The notes beneath the pieces were generated by a model that made no database searches, had not been told where the DNA came from, and saw only the letters and a list, made by a program, of their open reading frames with translations. Both the position numbers and the translations under genes were made by a program. From the NCBI GenBank assembly GCA_002842935.1, contig PHEM01000001.1:1-38662 (forward strand): a stretch of DNA of 38,662 nucleotides. Reading direction: 5' to 3'. Shown here one piece after another: positions 1-8,722 of the stretch. Numbering within the stretch: the stretch's first letter is position 1; the number at the start of each line of letters is the position of its first letter. This DNA is from Alphaproteobacteria bacterium HGW-Alphaproteobacteria-13 (GTDB lineage Bacteria > Pseudomonadota > Alphaproteobacteria > Sphingomonadales > Sphingomonadaceae).

Positions 1-50
1 GCATCGCCGTCAATCAATTCGACATCACCGGCATTGGTTTCGCGCTTCCG

Positions 51-107
51 TGCGATCGGCTCGCTCGTTGCATTGCTTCGCTCGCAACCAGCGCATCGCC
101 GATCGCA
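51..107. repeat. Structured hairpin repeat, copy A (putative ssDNA signal)
   Basis: Outer IR TGCGATCGGC/GCCGATCGCA, inner stem GTTGC/GCAAC with a GCTTCGC-containing loop; similar to 625-671 and 720-772. Confidence 0.7.
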
Positions 108-185
108 GTGCTGCACCGTCGCGATCGGACGAAAGGAAATTTATCTGTTGTTGTAGACTCAGCATGGAGCCGCGTCACCGTCCCC

Positions 186-272
186 GTCAAGGATGAGCGG
201 TCCCCCCAATTTTTCCTTCAGAAAAATCGGTTCCCCCACTCCCCGCTGCGCGGCGGCTTCGCCGTCCTTGAC
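186..272 (+). promoter_or_regulatory. Large branched stem-loop upstream of a small gene; candidate ssDNA (Frpo-like) promoter
   Basis: GTCAAGGATG (186-195) pairs with CGTCCTTGAC (263-272); inner ATTTTTC/GAAAAAT and GC hairpins; TTGAC in the stem; about 60 nt upstream of an ATG preceded by AGGAGG. Confidence 0.5.
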
Positions 273-332
273 CGGAACGGCGCCCCAGCTCCCCGAGACG
301 TTGTCATCGACAGGCTTCAAAGGAGGACAATC

Positions 333-563
333 ATGGAACTCGCAATCAACGCACGCATCGCTCATCTCGAAAGCGCCGCACGTTCAATCAGCCGGCAGAT
401 AGATCGCACCGAATTTTTCGCGGACATGATCGACTGGAACTCGATGACGATCGAGGATTGCCGATTGATCTCGATGCAAGAGGATCATCTTGCCGAGACA
501 CTGGCAGAGACCGAAATGGAACTCGATTTCCGATACGAGCAGCTTTGCTTCACGGCGCACTGA
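333..563 (+). CDS. Small acidic hypothetical protein (76 aa), leading-region gene
   Basis: Strong SD AGGAGG at 321-326, ATG at 333, followed by an intrinsic terminator. Confidence 0.75.
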   Translation: MELAINARIAHLESAARSISRQIDRTEFFADMIDWNSMTIEDCRLISMQEDHLAETLAETEMELDFRYEQLCFTAH

Positions 564-571
564 GCGCCGAC

Positions 572-603
572 GGAACCGCCGCTGCACTGGCGGCGGTTCC
601 TTT
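572..603 (+). terminator. Intrinsic terminator
   Basis: Perfect 11-bp stem GGAACCGCCGC/GCGGCGGTTCC followed by TTT, just after the stop at 563. Confidence 0.7.
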
Positions 604-624
604 ATGTGCTGCACCGATCCACAT

Positions 625-671
625 TCTGCTCGCTTGCCGCCGAGCTACGCCGGCGGACAGCGCATCGCAGA
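625..671. repeat. Structured hairpin repeat, copy C
   Basis: TCTGC/GCAGA outer stem, CCGCCG/CGGCGG inner stem, AGCTACGC loop; shares CTCGCT...GCGCATCGC with copies A and B. Confidence 0.65.
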
Positions 672-719
672 CAAATGCTCGCGGATCGTGTTGCACGCGT
701 CCAACGCGAAGCCGCCGAA

Positions 720-772
720 CGATCGCCTCGCTTGTCGCTTGCTTCGCTCGCGACCTGCGCATCGCCGACCGC
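720..772. repeat. Structured hairpin repeat, copy B
   Basis: Degenerate copy of 53-106 with a compensatory inner stem GTCGC/GCGAC. Confidence 0.7.
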
Positions 773-773
773 T

Positions 774-1034
774 TCAAAGTGCCGAGAGAGCTTCCGCAAT
801 CTTCGTCGGTCCATGCTTGTCGATCGCTTTCGCAATGACCGTCGCTACGCTCCGGTCCATGCGAGCGATCTTCACTTTAGTGAGCGCACCAAGCAGCACA
901 TCGCGGCCAGCATCGAGCTCCGCCTCGCGAGCGCGGCGTTCGGCCTTCGTTACTTCCGCAAGCTCCGCTTCCAACGCCTCTCGCTTAGCGGTGATCGCGT
1001 CCAGATTGCCCTCGATCTTCTTGGCTCTTGGCAT
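774..1034 (-). CDS. Small coiled-coil hypothetical protein next to the putative oriT
   Basis: 86-aa ORF, purine-rich SD (AAGGAAAG), helical charged N-terminus. Confidence 0.75.
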   Translation of the reverse strand: MPRAKKIEGNLDAITAKREALEAELAEVTKAERRAREAELDAGRDVLLGALTKVKIARMDRSVATVIAKAIDKHGPTKIAEALSAL

Positions 1035-1194
1035 GTCTTCTTTCCTTTTCAGCGGTTCTCATTGCGCCCATTGCTATCACGATGACGATGAAATTCCAGT
1101 CCCATATAGGAACCGTCAGAAACTCAACGCTGGCCACTCCAGCGAACTCATATTGTACCCGATAGCGTTCCGGTTTGATCGCCCCCGGCGTCAA

Positions 1195-1280
1195 AGTGAA
1201 TTGCGTTTTGGGCGCGCTACGCCAGCGTTTTGGGTTCGCGCTTCGCGCTCCCAAAAGCGCAATACGTCTTTTGGCGATTG
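1195..1280. other. Candidate oriT / nic-proximal repeat cluster
   Basis: GCGTTTTGGG direct repeat, inverted CCCAAAAGCGCAA and a CCAAAAG/CTTTTGG IR in the long intergenic gap upstream of the RHH-traD-relaxase operon; exact nic site not identifiable. Confidence 0.35.
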
Positions 1281-1645
1281 CTCCCACAGGTGTCGCAATC
1301 AATCCGTCATCCGTCAGGCCGGCTGATCCTTGTCGGGGTTCCAGTCCGGAACCCGTTCGGCATCGTTCAACCGAACGATCCTCACCGATCGCATCGACCG
1401 TTCCGGTCTCACGATCGGCAAATGTCTGCCGAGGCTGACGCCTCACGCAGATCGAATCTCTCATGCCCGAACCGGGCACGATGTGCCCAGGTGCAGGCAA
1501 ACTGACGGGCTACGCCCGAATTCTCTTCGATAAGCAGAATGAGAAACCCGCTTCGGGGATATCTCATTCTGAGATGCACACGGTATGCGGCAAGCCGCAA
1601 TTCTGTGTTGGCGTAACATACGGAATTTACGCCGGAAATTGGCGG

Positions 1646-1758
1646 CTGCCAAACGTCTGCCCGGTCTGCCAAACGGCTGACAAATCAGGCTGCCGTTTGG
1701 CAGACAGGCATAACATATTGAAATAGCACCAGTTAATCGGCCCGCTATGTCTGCCAAA
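1646..1758. promoter_or_regulatory. CTGCCAAA repeat array with a perfect 14-bp inverted repeat; probable relaxosome/RHH operator
   Basis: GTCTGCCAAACGGC (1664-1677) / GCCGTTTGGCAGAC (1692-1705); extra CTGCCAAA copies at 1646 and 1751. Confidence 0.55.
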
Positions 1759-1878
1759 GTATGCCGTGGCTATTTGGTCCCCAGCGAAACCTTGACCCTC
1801 CAGGCGCCTCGCGCTAGAAGATGCGCGTCCTGCCTTCGCACTCAGGAACCCACCAACCGTCCACCATCGGAGGGACGG

Positions 1879-2157
1879 TTGGAGCGTATTACTGTCAGAT
1901 TCACTCCGGAGTTGGCCAAAGCGGTCGCTTCGTGGTGTGAGTCAAATTCGATCCCCGCAGCGCGCCTCGTTCGGGATGCGCTTCAGCTCTATTTCGACGT
2001 CAAGGCGGGAAAAGCATTCGACCCCCAGCGCATGGCAATCATCTGCGAATATACGCAGCTGGTTGCTGACGAATGGGTTAAGAAGAACGCCCCGGATCGG
2101 CGCGACGAGTTCCTCGCAACCGTCGATGCGCGATTGGACCGCCATCATGGCGGATAA
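1879..2157 (+). CDS. Ribbon-helix-helix relaxosome accessory protein (TrwA/CopG-like)
   Basis: TTG start after GGAGGG; RITVRF beta-strand followed by two helices (…AARLVRDALQLY); overlaps the traD start. Confidence 0.75.
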   Translation: MERITVRFTPELAKAVASWCESNSIPAARLVRDALQLYFDVKAGKAFDPQRMAIICEYTQLVADEWVKKNAPDRRDEFLATVDARLDRHHGG

Positions 2158-4537
2158 GCACTCGCGCCCCAAACATCCGCGCGCCTGGTCGAGCCACGGT
2201 GAAGCCAATCGCAACTCCGGAAACTTCACCCGCGGCTCGCAGCTCATCGGCCACCAATTCTCTATGTGGTGGCGCGGCGCGCGCGTTCCGCTGTTCGTAT
2301 GGTTCGGGCTGCTAGCCGCATTCTTGTGGCTGAAACTGACCTTGATCCTCGACGACTATGAGTTCCAGATGCTCGGAACAAAGGCGCTCGCCGCGACCTG
2401 GGATTTCATCGGACTGGACGAAATGAAGCGCGCGAATGTGACGCTTCGGGACGGCAGCATCTACCAAACCTATATGGGTTACGTGCCCTATATTCCCGAC
2501 GTCCAGATTGCATGGGCGAAGCTCATGAACGCATTGTTCGGGAGCTTCATCTTTGCGACGATCGGCGCCGGCACCTTTGCATGGTGGTTCATCCCTTGGG
2601 CGCGCGAGCGGGGTGAATCGATCCTCGCCGATCACCACGAACGCGGGGTTGAAATCGTCGAATATGACGTGCTCAAGATGATGCTCGATCGTCACAACCT
2701 AGAGCGCGTTCGGGCTCGCGCGAAGGAAGCGTTCCCCGATCTTACGCTCGCTCAGGTTGAATCCCTTCCGCTTGCCCAGCGGAAAGAGGCCGGGGTGATT
2801 TTGCCGTACAAGATTGCGACCCTGCCGTTCCCTTACGGTTTCGAACAAAGCCATGTCATGCTCACCGGTACGACCGGTACGGGGAAGACAACGCTCATCC
2901 GGCAGGTGGTAGCGCAAGCGATCGAGCGCGGAGATCGGTGCGTCCTTTTCGACCTGACCGGGCACTATATGGAAGCCTTTTACGATCCCGATCGCGACTT
3001 CGTTTTGAACCTCAATGATGCACGCTGCGAGTCCTGGTCGTTGTTCAACGACTGCCATTCGCGCAGTGAGCTCGTGAACGCCGCGGCTGCGCTTATCCCC
3101 GCGGATCATGGTTCCGACGGGGGCTTCTGGGAGAAGGCGGCGCGGACTCTACTGGTCGAGATGTGCGACAATTTACGCAAGAAGGGACGCGGCACCAACA
3201 AGCATCTTTGCGACGAGCTGCTGAAGGCGAACCTCAAAAAGATATACGCCAGCCTGATGGGGACGGTCGCCGAACCGCTCGTATCGCCGGATGCTACGAA
3301 GATGGCGCAATCGATCCGTGCGGTGCTCAACGCCAACGCGGAAGCCATTCGGTTCCTGCCCGACGGCGGCGAACAATTCTCGATCAAGGACTGGATCAAA
3401 CGTGACAATGGGGAGGCGTCCATCCTCTTCATCACCGCGCAATATGCTCACCTCGATATGTCGCGGTCGCTGCTCACGCTGTGGATGAACATCGCGATCA
3501 ATACGATCATGACGCTGAAGCATACGCGGCAACTTCGCACCTGGTTCATCTTTGATGAGCTGGCTGCGCTTCACCAGCTTCCTGCGCTCGAACGGGGGTT
3601 GCAGACGGCCCGTAGTTTCGGCGGCGCCTTCCTGCTCGGTCTGCATAACTTTGCGGGTCTGCGCAAAACCTATGGGGACGATGGGGCGCAGAACATCATC
3701 AGTTTGGCGAACACGAATGTCATTCTTCGCGTCAAAGAGCGGGAGACCGCAGAGGAATGTTCCCGGCTTATCGGGTTCCGGAAGGTCCGAACGATGGACG
3801 AGTCCTATAGTTATGGCGCGCACCAAACCCGAGACGCTTCGACCATTTCGCCAACCACCAAGGAAGAGGCACTGGTGATTGCGGACGACATCACCAGCCT
3901 CCCGAATCTGAATGCTTATATCCGCTTTCCGGAGAAGTTTCCTTCCGCCCTGGTCTCGTTCCCCTATGTCGGTTTTCCCGCTGTTGCAGAGGGCTTCATC
4001 GAAGCCGAACCACCGCCAGACATTCTTCCGGTCGACGACGATGATAACGACGAGACCGGGGAAGAAGGGGGCGGACCGGACATTGCAGCCGATCGACCCG
4101 AACCCGGCGCCCAACCGGAAGCAGATCGGGAAGATCGCCGTGAGATTTCGCACCTGCAGGATGGGCGAGAGGTTCGCGCGCGCGACGTCCTCGATGTACG
4201 TCGTTCCCAGGTTGGTGGGCAGATCGCGACGACGGGTGCAACCGAAAAAGGCACCGCCAGCGGCTCGCTCGCGAAGCGTTCGATCGACGATGACCATCCG
4301 AGGGTGACCACGCCTCGCAATGCCGGCACGGGGGGCAGCGGCCAGCAGGATGCCCTCGCCAACAGGGAGCAGCTTCGCGGTTCGAAAGATCCCGTGGAAG
4401 AAAAGGGCGGCGAGCTGGCCCGTCGTGAATCCCGTATGGATTTTGGCGAGACCGATCAGCGCCGCGCCGGCGGCGCGGAGCTTGGCGCCGACGGCATGGC
4501 GCGCGGCAGCGACGATCTCGACATGGATATGGATTGA
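2147..4537 (+). CDS. traD: Type IV coupling protein TraD/TrwB
   Basis: Two N-terminal TM segments, Walker A GTTGTGKT, Walker B FIFDE, FWEKAAR, ESYSYGA motif, acidic C-terminal tail; start placed at MADKHS. Confidence 0.93.
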   Translation: MADKHSRPKHPRAWSSHGEANRNSGNFTRGSQLIGHQFSMWWRGARVPLFVWFGLLAAFLWLKLTLILDDYEFQMLGTKALAATWDFIGLDEMKRANVTLRDGSIYQTYMGYVPYIPDVQIAWAKLMNALFGSFIFATIGAGTFAWWFIPWARERGESILADHHERGVEIVEYDVLKMMLDRHNLERVRARAKEAFPDLTLAQVESLPLAQRKEAGVILPYKIATLPFPYGFEQSHVMLTGTTGTGKTTLIRQVVAQAIERGDRCVLFDLTGHYMEAFYDPDRDFVLNLNDARCESWSLFNDCHSRSELVNAAAALIPADHGSDGGFWEKAARTLLVEMCDNLRKKGRGTNKHLCDELLKANLKKIYASLMGTVAEPLVSPDATKMAQSIRAVLNANAEAIRFLPDGGEQFSIKDWIKRDNGEASILFITAQYAHLDMSRSLLTLWMNIAINTIMTLKHTRQLRTWFIFDELAALHQLPALERGLQTARSFGGAFLLGLHNFAGLRKTYGDDGAQNIISLANTNVILRVKERETAEECSRLIGFRKVRTMDESYSYGAHQTRDASTISPTTKEEALVIADDITSLPNLNAYIRFPEKFPSALVSFPYVGFPAVAEGFIEAEPPPDILPVDDDDNDETGEEGGGPDIAADRPEPGAQPEADREDRREISHLQDGREVRARDVLDVRRSQVGGQIATTGATEKGTASGSLAKRSIDDDHPRVTTPRNAGTGGSGQQDALANREQLRGSKDPVEEKGGELARRESRMDFGETDQRRAGGAELGADGMARGSDDLDMDMD

Positions 4538-4543
4538 GCGACC

Positions 4544-4777
4544 ATGAGCTGTTCGCCTCTTCCGCCAAGTCCGCTCTGCCCCGGGTTGGTGAGGTGGCGA
4601 ACGGCCGTCGCGGCGAGAACCGCAAAGATACTCCTGATGCGCGCGTGCAAAAGTCGCTTTGCCCCTCACAAGGATCGCCGGCGAAAGATCGGACTGCTGC
4701 AGCCCTATGAATGCGACCTTTGTGGCAAGTGGCATCTCGGCCATCCTGTTGCGGACTGGAAAGGTCCGAAGCAATGA
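4544..4777 (+). CDS. Small basic protein with YECDLCGKWHLGH putative Zn-binding motif
   Basis: Fills the gap between traD and the next gene; CxxC..WH motif. Confidence 0.55.
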   Translation: MSCSPLPPSPLCPGLVRWRTAVAARTAKILLMRACKSRFAPHKDRRRKIGLLQPYECDLCGKWHLGHPVADWKGPKQ

Positions 4778-4790
4778 CGGGGTGCGGGTC

Positions 4791-5477
4791 ATGATCGGAT
4801 TCTCACAGCTCGAAGATCTCGCGCAGCTGCAGAGTCGATTTGCCGAACATGCCGATGCAGGTCGGCGAATTGAATGGCTCGGCGCCGGCGCCCAGGCACT
4901 TCGACTGTCAGATTGCGCCGCGGACAATGCAGCTCGAGCGGCGATCGCGCCGGCGATCGAGCTTCAGCAGCGCGCCACCTCGACCAGTGGAACCGTCGCG
5001 GCCATATCGTTGATCTTTTCGCCGCCGTTCGATTTGGCGGAGCATCCCGAAGGTAAAAGACGCGACGATCTCCGCGCGGCTCATCTTTCCGCGGCCCGAA
5101 TGGCATTGCAGCATATCGAGGAATGGTCGGCCGTTTTCGACGAGCACGGCGTGCTGACTCGGCCGAGGGGCATTGTCTGTGCACTCTGTATGGCCGATCG
5201 GGCGTTTGTTCTCGAGATGCTCATCCTGGGGTGGGCAATCGCGGCCGACGGGCAGTGGGGACTTCTCGACGGATGGTCAATCGCCGCCCAGATCGCGGCG
5301 GCTGAGTCCATGTATGCGAGTGAGCTCGGACGTCGCCTCGCTGCCCAGGCTGTGCGCATGGTCTGGCTCGGCCCGTCTACGGCTCGCCTCAAACCTATGC
5401 TCTGGCCCGAGACCGAACCCCGGCTGTCGATAGAAAGCATGATGCAGGACCTCGAGCTCCGGCGAGGTGCGAAATGA
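4791..5477 (+). CDS. Degenerate TrwC-like relaxase-domain protein lacking the catalytic Tyr and His residues
   Basis: WLGAGAQALRLS, LIFSPP, LRAAH..A, DGQWGLLDG and YASELGRRL align with TrwC motifs; YY and H..HxH are absent; ATGA-coupled to the relaxase. Confidence 0.75.
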   Translation: MIGFSQLEDLAQLQSRFAEHADAGRRIEWLGAGAQALRLSDCAADNAARAAIAPAIELQQRATSTSGTVAAISLIFSPPFDLAEHPEGKRRDDLRAAHLSAARMALQHIEEWSAVFDEHGVLTRPRGIVCALCMADRAFVLEMLILGWAIAADGQWGLLDGWSIAAQIAAAESMYASELGRRLAAQAVRMVWLGPSTARLKPMLWPETEPRLSIESMMQDLELRRGAK

Positions 5478-8400
5478 CCGTTTCGATCGGCCGCGTCCAT
5501 TCGCCCGGTAAGGCCGCCGACTATTTCGCGAACGACAATTATTACACGGCCGAACAGTCGGAGGCCGCGTCGGTCTGGATGGGCGAGGGCTCCCGCGATC
5601 TCGGATTGTCAGGAACCGTCGAGGCGGGCGTGTTCGAGAAAATCCTCGACGGCAAATTGCCTGACGGTACGCAGGTCAGCAATCCGGAGACGCACGACTA
5701 TGGCCGGGACTTCACCTTTTCGATGCCGAAGTCTGCCTCGCTCCTTGCCCTAGTCTCTGGCGATACCCGTATTCTCGCCGCGCACGTCCAGGCGGTGAAG
5801 GAAACGATGGCGTGGGCCGAAAAGAATCTTGCCGAAGCGCGCGTTCATGTCGGCGGGAAGGATATTGCGGTTCGGACCGGCAATCTCGTTTACGCGCTTT
5901 TCCAACACGACACGAGCCGTGCGACGGATCCGCAAAGCCATATCCATGCCGTAATCGCCAATCTGACCCGGCTGCCCGAACGCTTCCGCAACCCCGATCG
6001 CGTCGATCCAAAGACCGGAGAGGTCACCAGCGACCACGGCTGGCGAGCATGGCATAACGGGGCGATGTACCGGGCCAGTGCTACGCTTAGTTCGATGGCC
6101 AACGCGATCCTCCGCGAAAAGCTCGAGGGCTTGGGCTACAAGACAGAGCTAACCGGGAAACATGGCGCCTTCGAGGTTCTCGGACCGAATGGCGAGCGCA
6201 TCAACAAGGAGGCCCTCGACGGCTTCTCCAAGCGCGGCAATGACATCAAGGCAAAGGCTGAAGAACTCGGTGTTCACAGCCCGGAAGGTCGACGCGCTAT
6301 CACCCAGCGCACCCGCGACGCCAAATTGGACGCCGGCGACCGAACGGAGCTCGCCGAACGGTGGCGAGATGAAGCGCGGGTCTATCGCTATAATGGCGAC
6401 CAGATCTACGCGATGGCTCTCGCCAAGTCGCAGGAGCGATCATCGCCGATCGAGCGGGGAATTCTAGCCGTCAGCTCCGCTATCCGGGAAACGCGCGATC
6501 GCCTCGTCGATTACCTGAAGCGGCCCGACGATCCATTGGTTGATTCCGGCCTTGCAAAACTCACACGGACGCCGGCGACGGCCCGGGCCCAGTTTGCAAC
6601 TGCCAGCGCCATTCGGATACTAAGCGAGCGCGAAGCCGTCTTCAGCACCGCGGATGTCGTCAAAACGGCGATCGACCTTGGCGAAAAGGGCGTTACGCCG
6701 GACCGTGTAGAGCGGCGCATCGCCGAGTTGGTCGAAAAGGGCGAGATCGTTCCCGAAACCTCCCAGCGCTTCGACAAGGCCGTCGACATGGTGACAACCC
6801 GGGAGGCAATCGAACAGGAACGCAGGATCCTCAAGGCGATGGACACCGGCGCCGGCGACGCACGGCCGCTGATGTCTGCCGACGTTGCAAAGACCCGCCT
6901 GCAGGAACTGGCTGCGCCGCGCGAGCTCAACCATGAGCAGCTCGCGGCCGCGATCCAGATCGTGTCGTCTCCCGATCGCATCGTACTCGTCCAGGGGCGC
7001 GCCGGCGCCGGCAAATCGACGATGCTTCAGCCAGTGGCAAAAGCGGAGGCTATCGACGCGGCGGCACGGGTTATCGGCGCCGAGGACACGAAGGCCGTGC
7101 TGTTGACGGCCGACATGCGGGGAGATGCACAGGCACTCGCGTTCCAGAACAAAATGGTGGCCGATCTTCGGGCCGACACCGGGATGGAAGCGCGCACCGT
7201 CGATAGCTTTATCTATTCCAACGAGAAATTCCTGACCGGCGAAGCGTCTCCTCAGGCGCTCGCGGCGCGTAAGGCCGAGCTCGCCGGCACTTATCTGATC
7301 CTCGACGAAGCGTCGATGATCTCGAATGAGCGAATGGACAAACTGACAGCGATCGCCAACCTGATGGAAGTCGGCCGCCTCGCCATCATCGGTGACCGCA
7401 AGCAGCTCAATCCGATCGACGCCGGGAAGAGCTTCTCGGTCATGCAGGCGCGCGCGATTCAGGACCAGCTCCCGGTGAGCGAGGTCAACATCAACATGCG
7501 CCAGAAAACCGACGACATGCGACTGGTGGCGGATCTCGCCGACGCCGGCAACGTGCGCGCGGCGATCGCGATCCTGGGTGATCGCGTTGTGGTCAGCAAG
7601 GATCGCATCACCGATGCGGCTAACGCTTGGCTTGCCCTGCCCGCCGAGGATCGCGAGAAGACCACCTTGCTCCCATCGAGCCGCGACGGCCGCGCGCAGG
7701 CGAACCAGATCATTCAGGACGGGCTGAAGGCCGAGGGCACGCTGAAAGGCGATGGCCGTGCCTTCAATGTCCGCGAAACACTCCAGCTCACCCGGGAAGA
7801 GTATCGCTACGCGCGGAATTGGCGCGAAGCCCAGTTCCTCGAGGTCGGCGGCCGCGACAATGGTCTTGGCCTGGCGAAGGGCGATTACCGCGTCGAACGC
7901 GTTTTCGAGAACGGGCGCGTCGAGCTGCGCGACATGCGCGGTCGCAAACACCGTGTCGAGCCCATGAAGATCGACCCGAACGGAAAGCTCAATCGGCTGA
8001 AGCTCAGCAATGAGAAGCGCATCGAGGTCCACGAAGGCGAGCGGATCCGCTGGACCGACAGCGATAAGCGTGACGGCCGCGGCATGATCAATGCGACGAT
8101 CGCGAGCATCGAAAAGGTCAGTGCTGAGGGAATAGTGGTGAAATTGTCCGACGGGGAGCTTCGGGAGCTCAAGAGCGGCGACCCGATGCTGAAACGGATG
8201 GACCTCGCCTATGCCATCAATACCCATATGGCCCAGGGCATCACCAACGAGACGGTATTTTCGGTCATGGGGGCCCGTGAAACCAACCTTTCCAATGCTC
8301 GAGCATTCCTCGTCAACCACACCCGCCAACAACTCGATGTCCGCCTATTCACCGACGACAAGGACAAGCTTGTTCGCCAGCTCGAGAGCAACCGCGGCGA

Positions 8401-8722
8401 TAAAACGTCCGCGCTCGAGGCGATCGGCGAACTGAATGTCGAAAAGATACTTTCGGGCAAGGATGCGCAGCGCGATCCCGGATTAGATCGGGACGGCGGC
8501 AGCACGTCGCATTCCAGCGACCTTGAGCGAAAGCTGGATCTCGGCAGCATGTCGGATTCTGATGTCGGTGCGAAGGTAGATAACCCGGATCGCAAAACGG
8601 CCGATACGCTTGGCGCGGGTAGTTCCAACGACCAGGGCAGCGGCAAGCCGGATACCAAGGCACCCGCGCCGGCCCAACGGGAAGAACCTCAGCTCGATCG
8701 GTCAAAGGGACTCGAACTATGA
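5474..8722 (+). CDS. trwC: MOB_F relaxase-helicase (TrwC/TraI)
   Basis: DYFANDNYY, FSMPKSAS, HDTSRATDPQSHIH, helicase motifs GRAGAGKST, LDEASM, GDRKQL, AYAINTHMAQG. Confidence 0.96.
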   Translation: MTVSIGRVHSPGKAADYFANDNYYTAEQSEAASVWMGEGSRDLGLSGTVEAGVFEKILDGKLPDGTQVSNPETHDYGRDFTFSMPKSASLLALVSGDTRILAAHVQAVKETMAWAEKNLAEARVHVGGKDIAVRTGNLVYALFQHDTSRATDPQSHIHAVIANLTRLPERFRNPDRVDPKTGEVTSDHGWRAWHNGAMYRASATLSSMANAILREKLEGLGYKTELTGKHGAFEVLGPNGERINKEALDGFSKRGNDIKAKAEELGVHSPEGRRAITQRTRDAKLDAGDRTELAERWRDEARVYRYNGDQIYAMALAKSQERSSPIERGILAVSSAIRETRDRLVDYLKRPDDPLVDSGLAKLTRTPATARAQFATASAIRILSEREAVFSTADVVKTAIDLGEKGVTPDRVERRIAELVEKGEIVPETSQRFDKAVDMVTTREAIEQERRILKAMDTGAGDARPLMSADVAKTRLQELAAPRELNHEQLAAAIQIVSSPDRIVLVQGRAGAGKSTMLQPVAKAEAIDAAARVIGAEDTKAVLLTADMRGDAQALAFQNKMVADLRADTGMEARTVDSFIYSNEKFLTGEASPQALAARKAELAGTYLILDEASMISNERMDKLTAIANLMEVGRLAIIGDRKQLNPIDAGKSFSVMQARAIQDQLPVSEVNINMRQKTDDMRLVADLADAGNVRAAIAILGDRVVVSKDRITDAANAWLALPAEDREKTTLLPSSRDGRAQANQIIQDGLKAEGTLKGDGRAFNVRETLQLTREEYRYARNWREAQFLEVGGRDNGLGLAKGDYRVERVFENGRVELRDMRGRKHRVEPMKIDPNGKLNRLKLSNEKRIEVHEGERIRWTDSDKRDGRGMINATIASIEKVSAEGIVVKLSDGELRELKSGDPMLKRMDLAYAINTHMAQGITNETVFSVMGARETNLSNARAFLVNHTRQQLDVRLFTDDKDKLVRQLESNRGDKTSALEAIGELNVEKILSGKDAQRDPGLDRDGGSTSHSSDLERKLDLGSMSDSDVGAKVDNPDRKTADTLGAGSSNDQGSGKPDTKAPAPAQREEPQLDRSKGLEL

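Noticed and set aside
1253-1270. AAAAGCGCAATACGTC resembles rhizobial MOB_Q-type nic sequences
   Set aside because: The match is short and imperfect and the encoded relaxase is MOB_F, so it is not enough to assign a nic site.
1937-2146. N-terminal extension of the listed 866-aa TraD ORF
   Set aside because: It overlaps the RHH gene in another frame. The ATG at 2147 is the more plausible start.
3173-4927. 584-aa minus-strand ORF
   Set aside because: Antisense shadow of traD in high-GC DNA, with no recognisable motifs.
6620-8332. 570-aa minus-strand ORF
   Set aside because: Antisense shadow of the relaxase-helicase gene.
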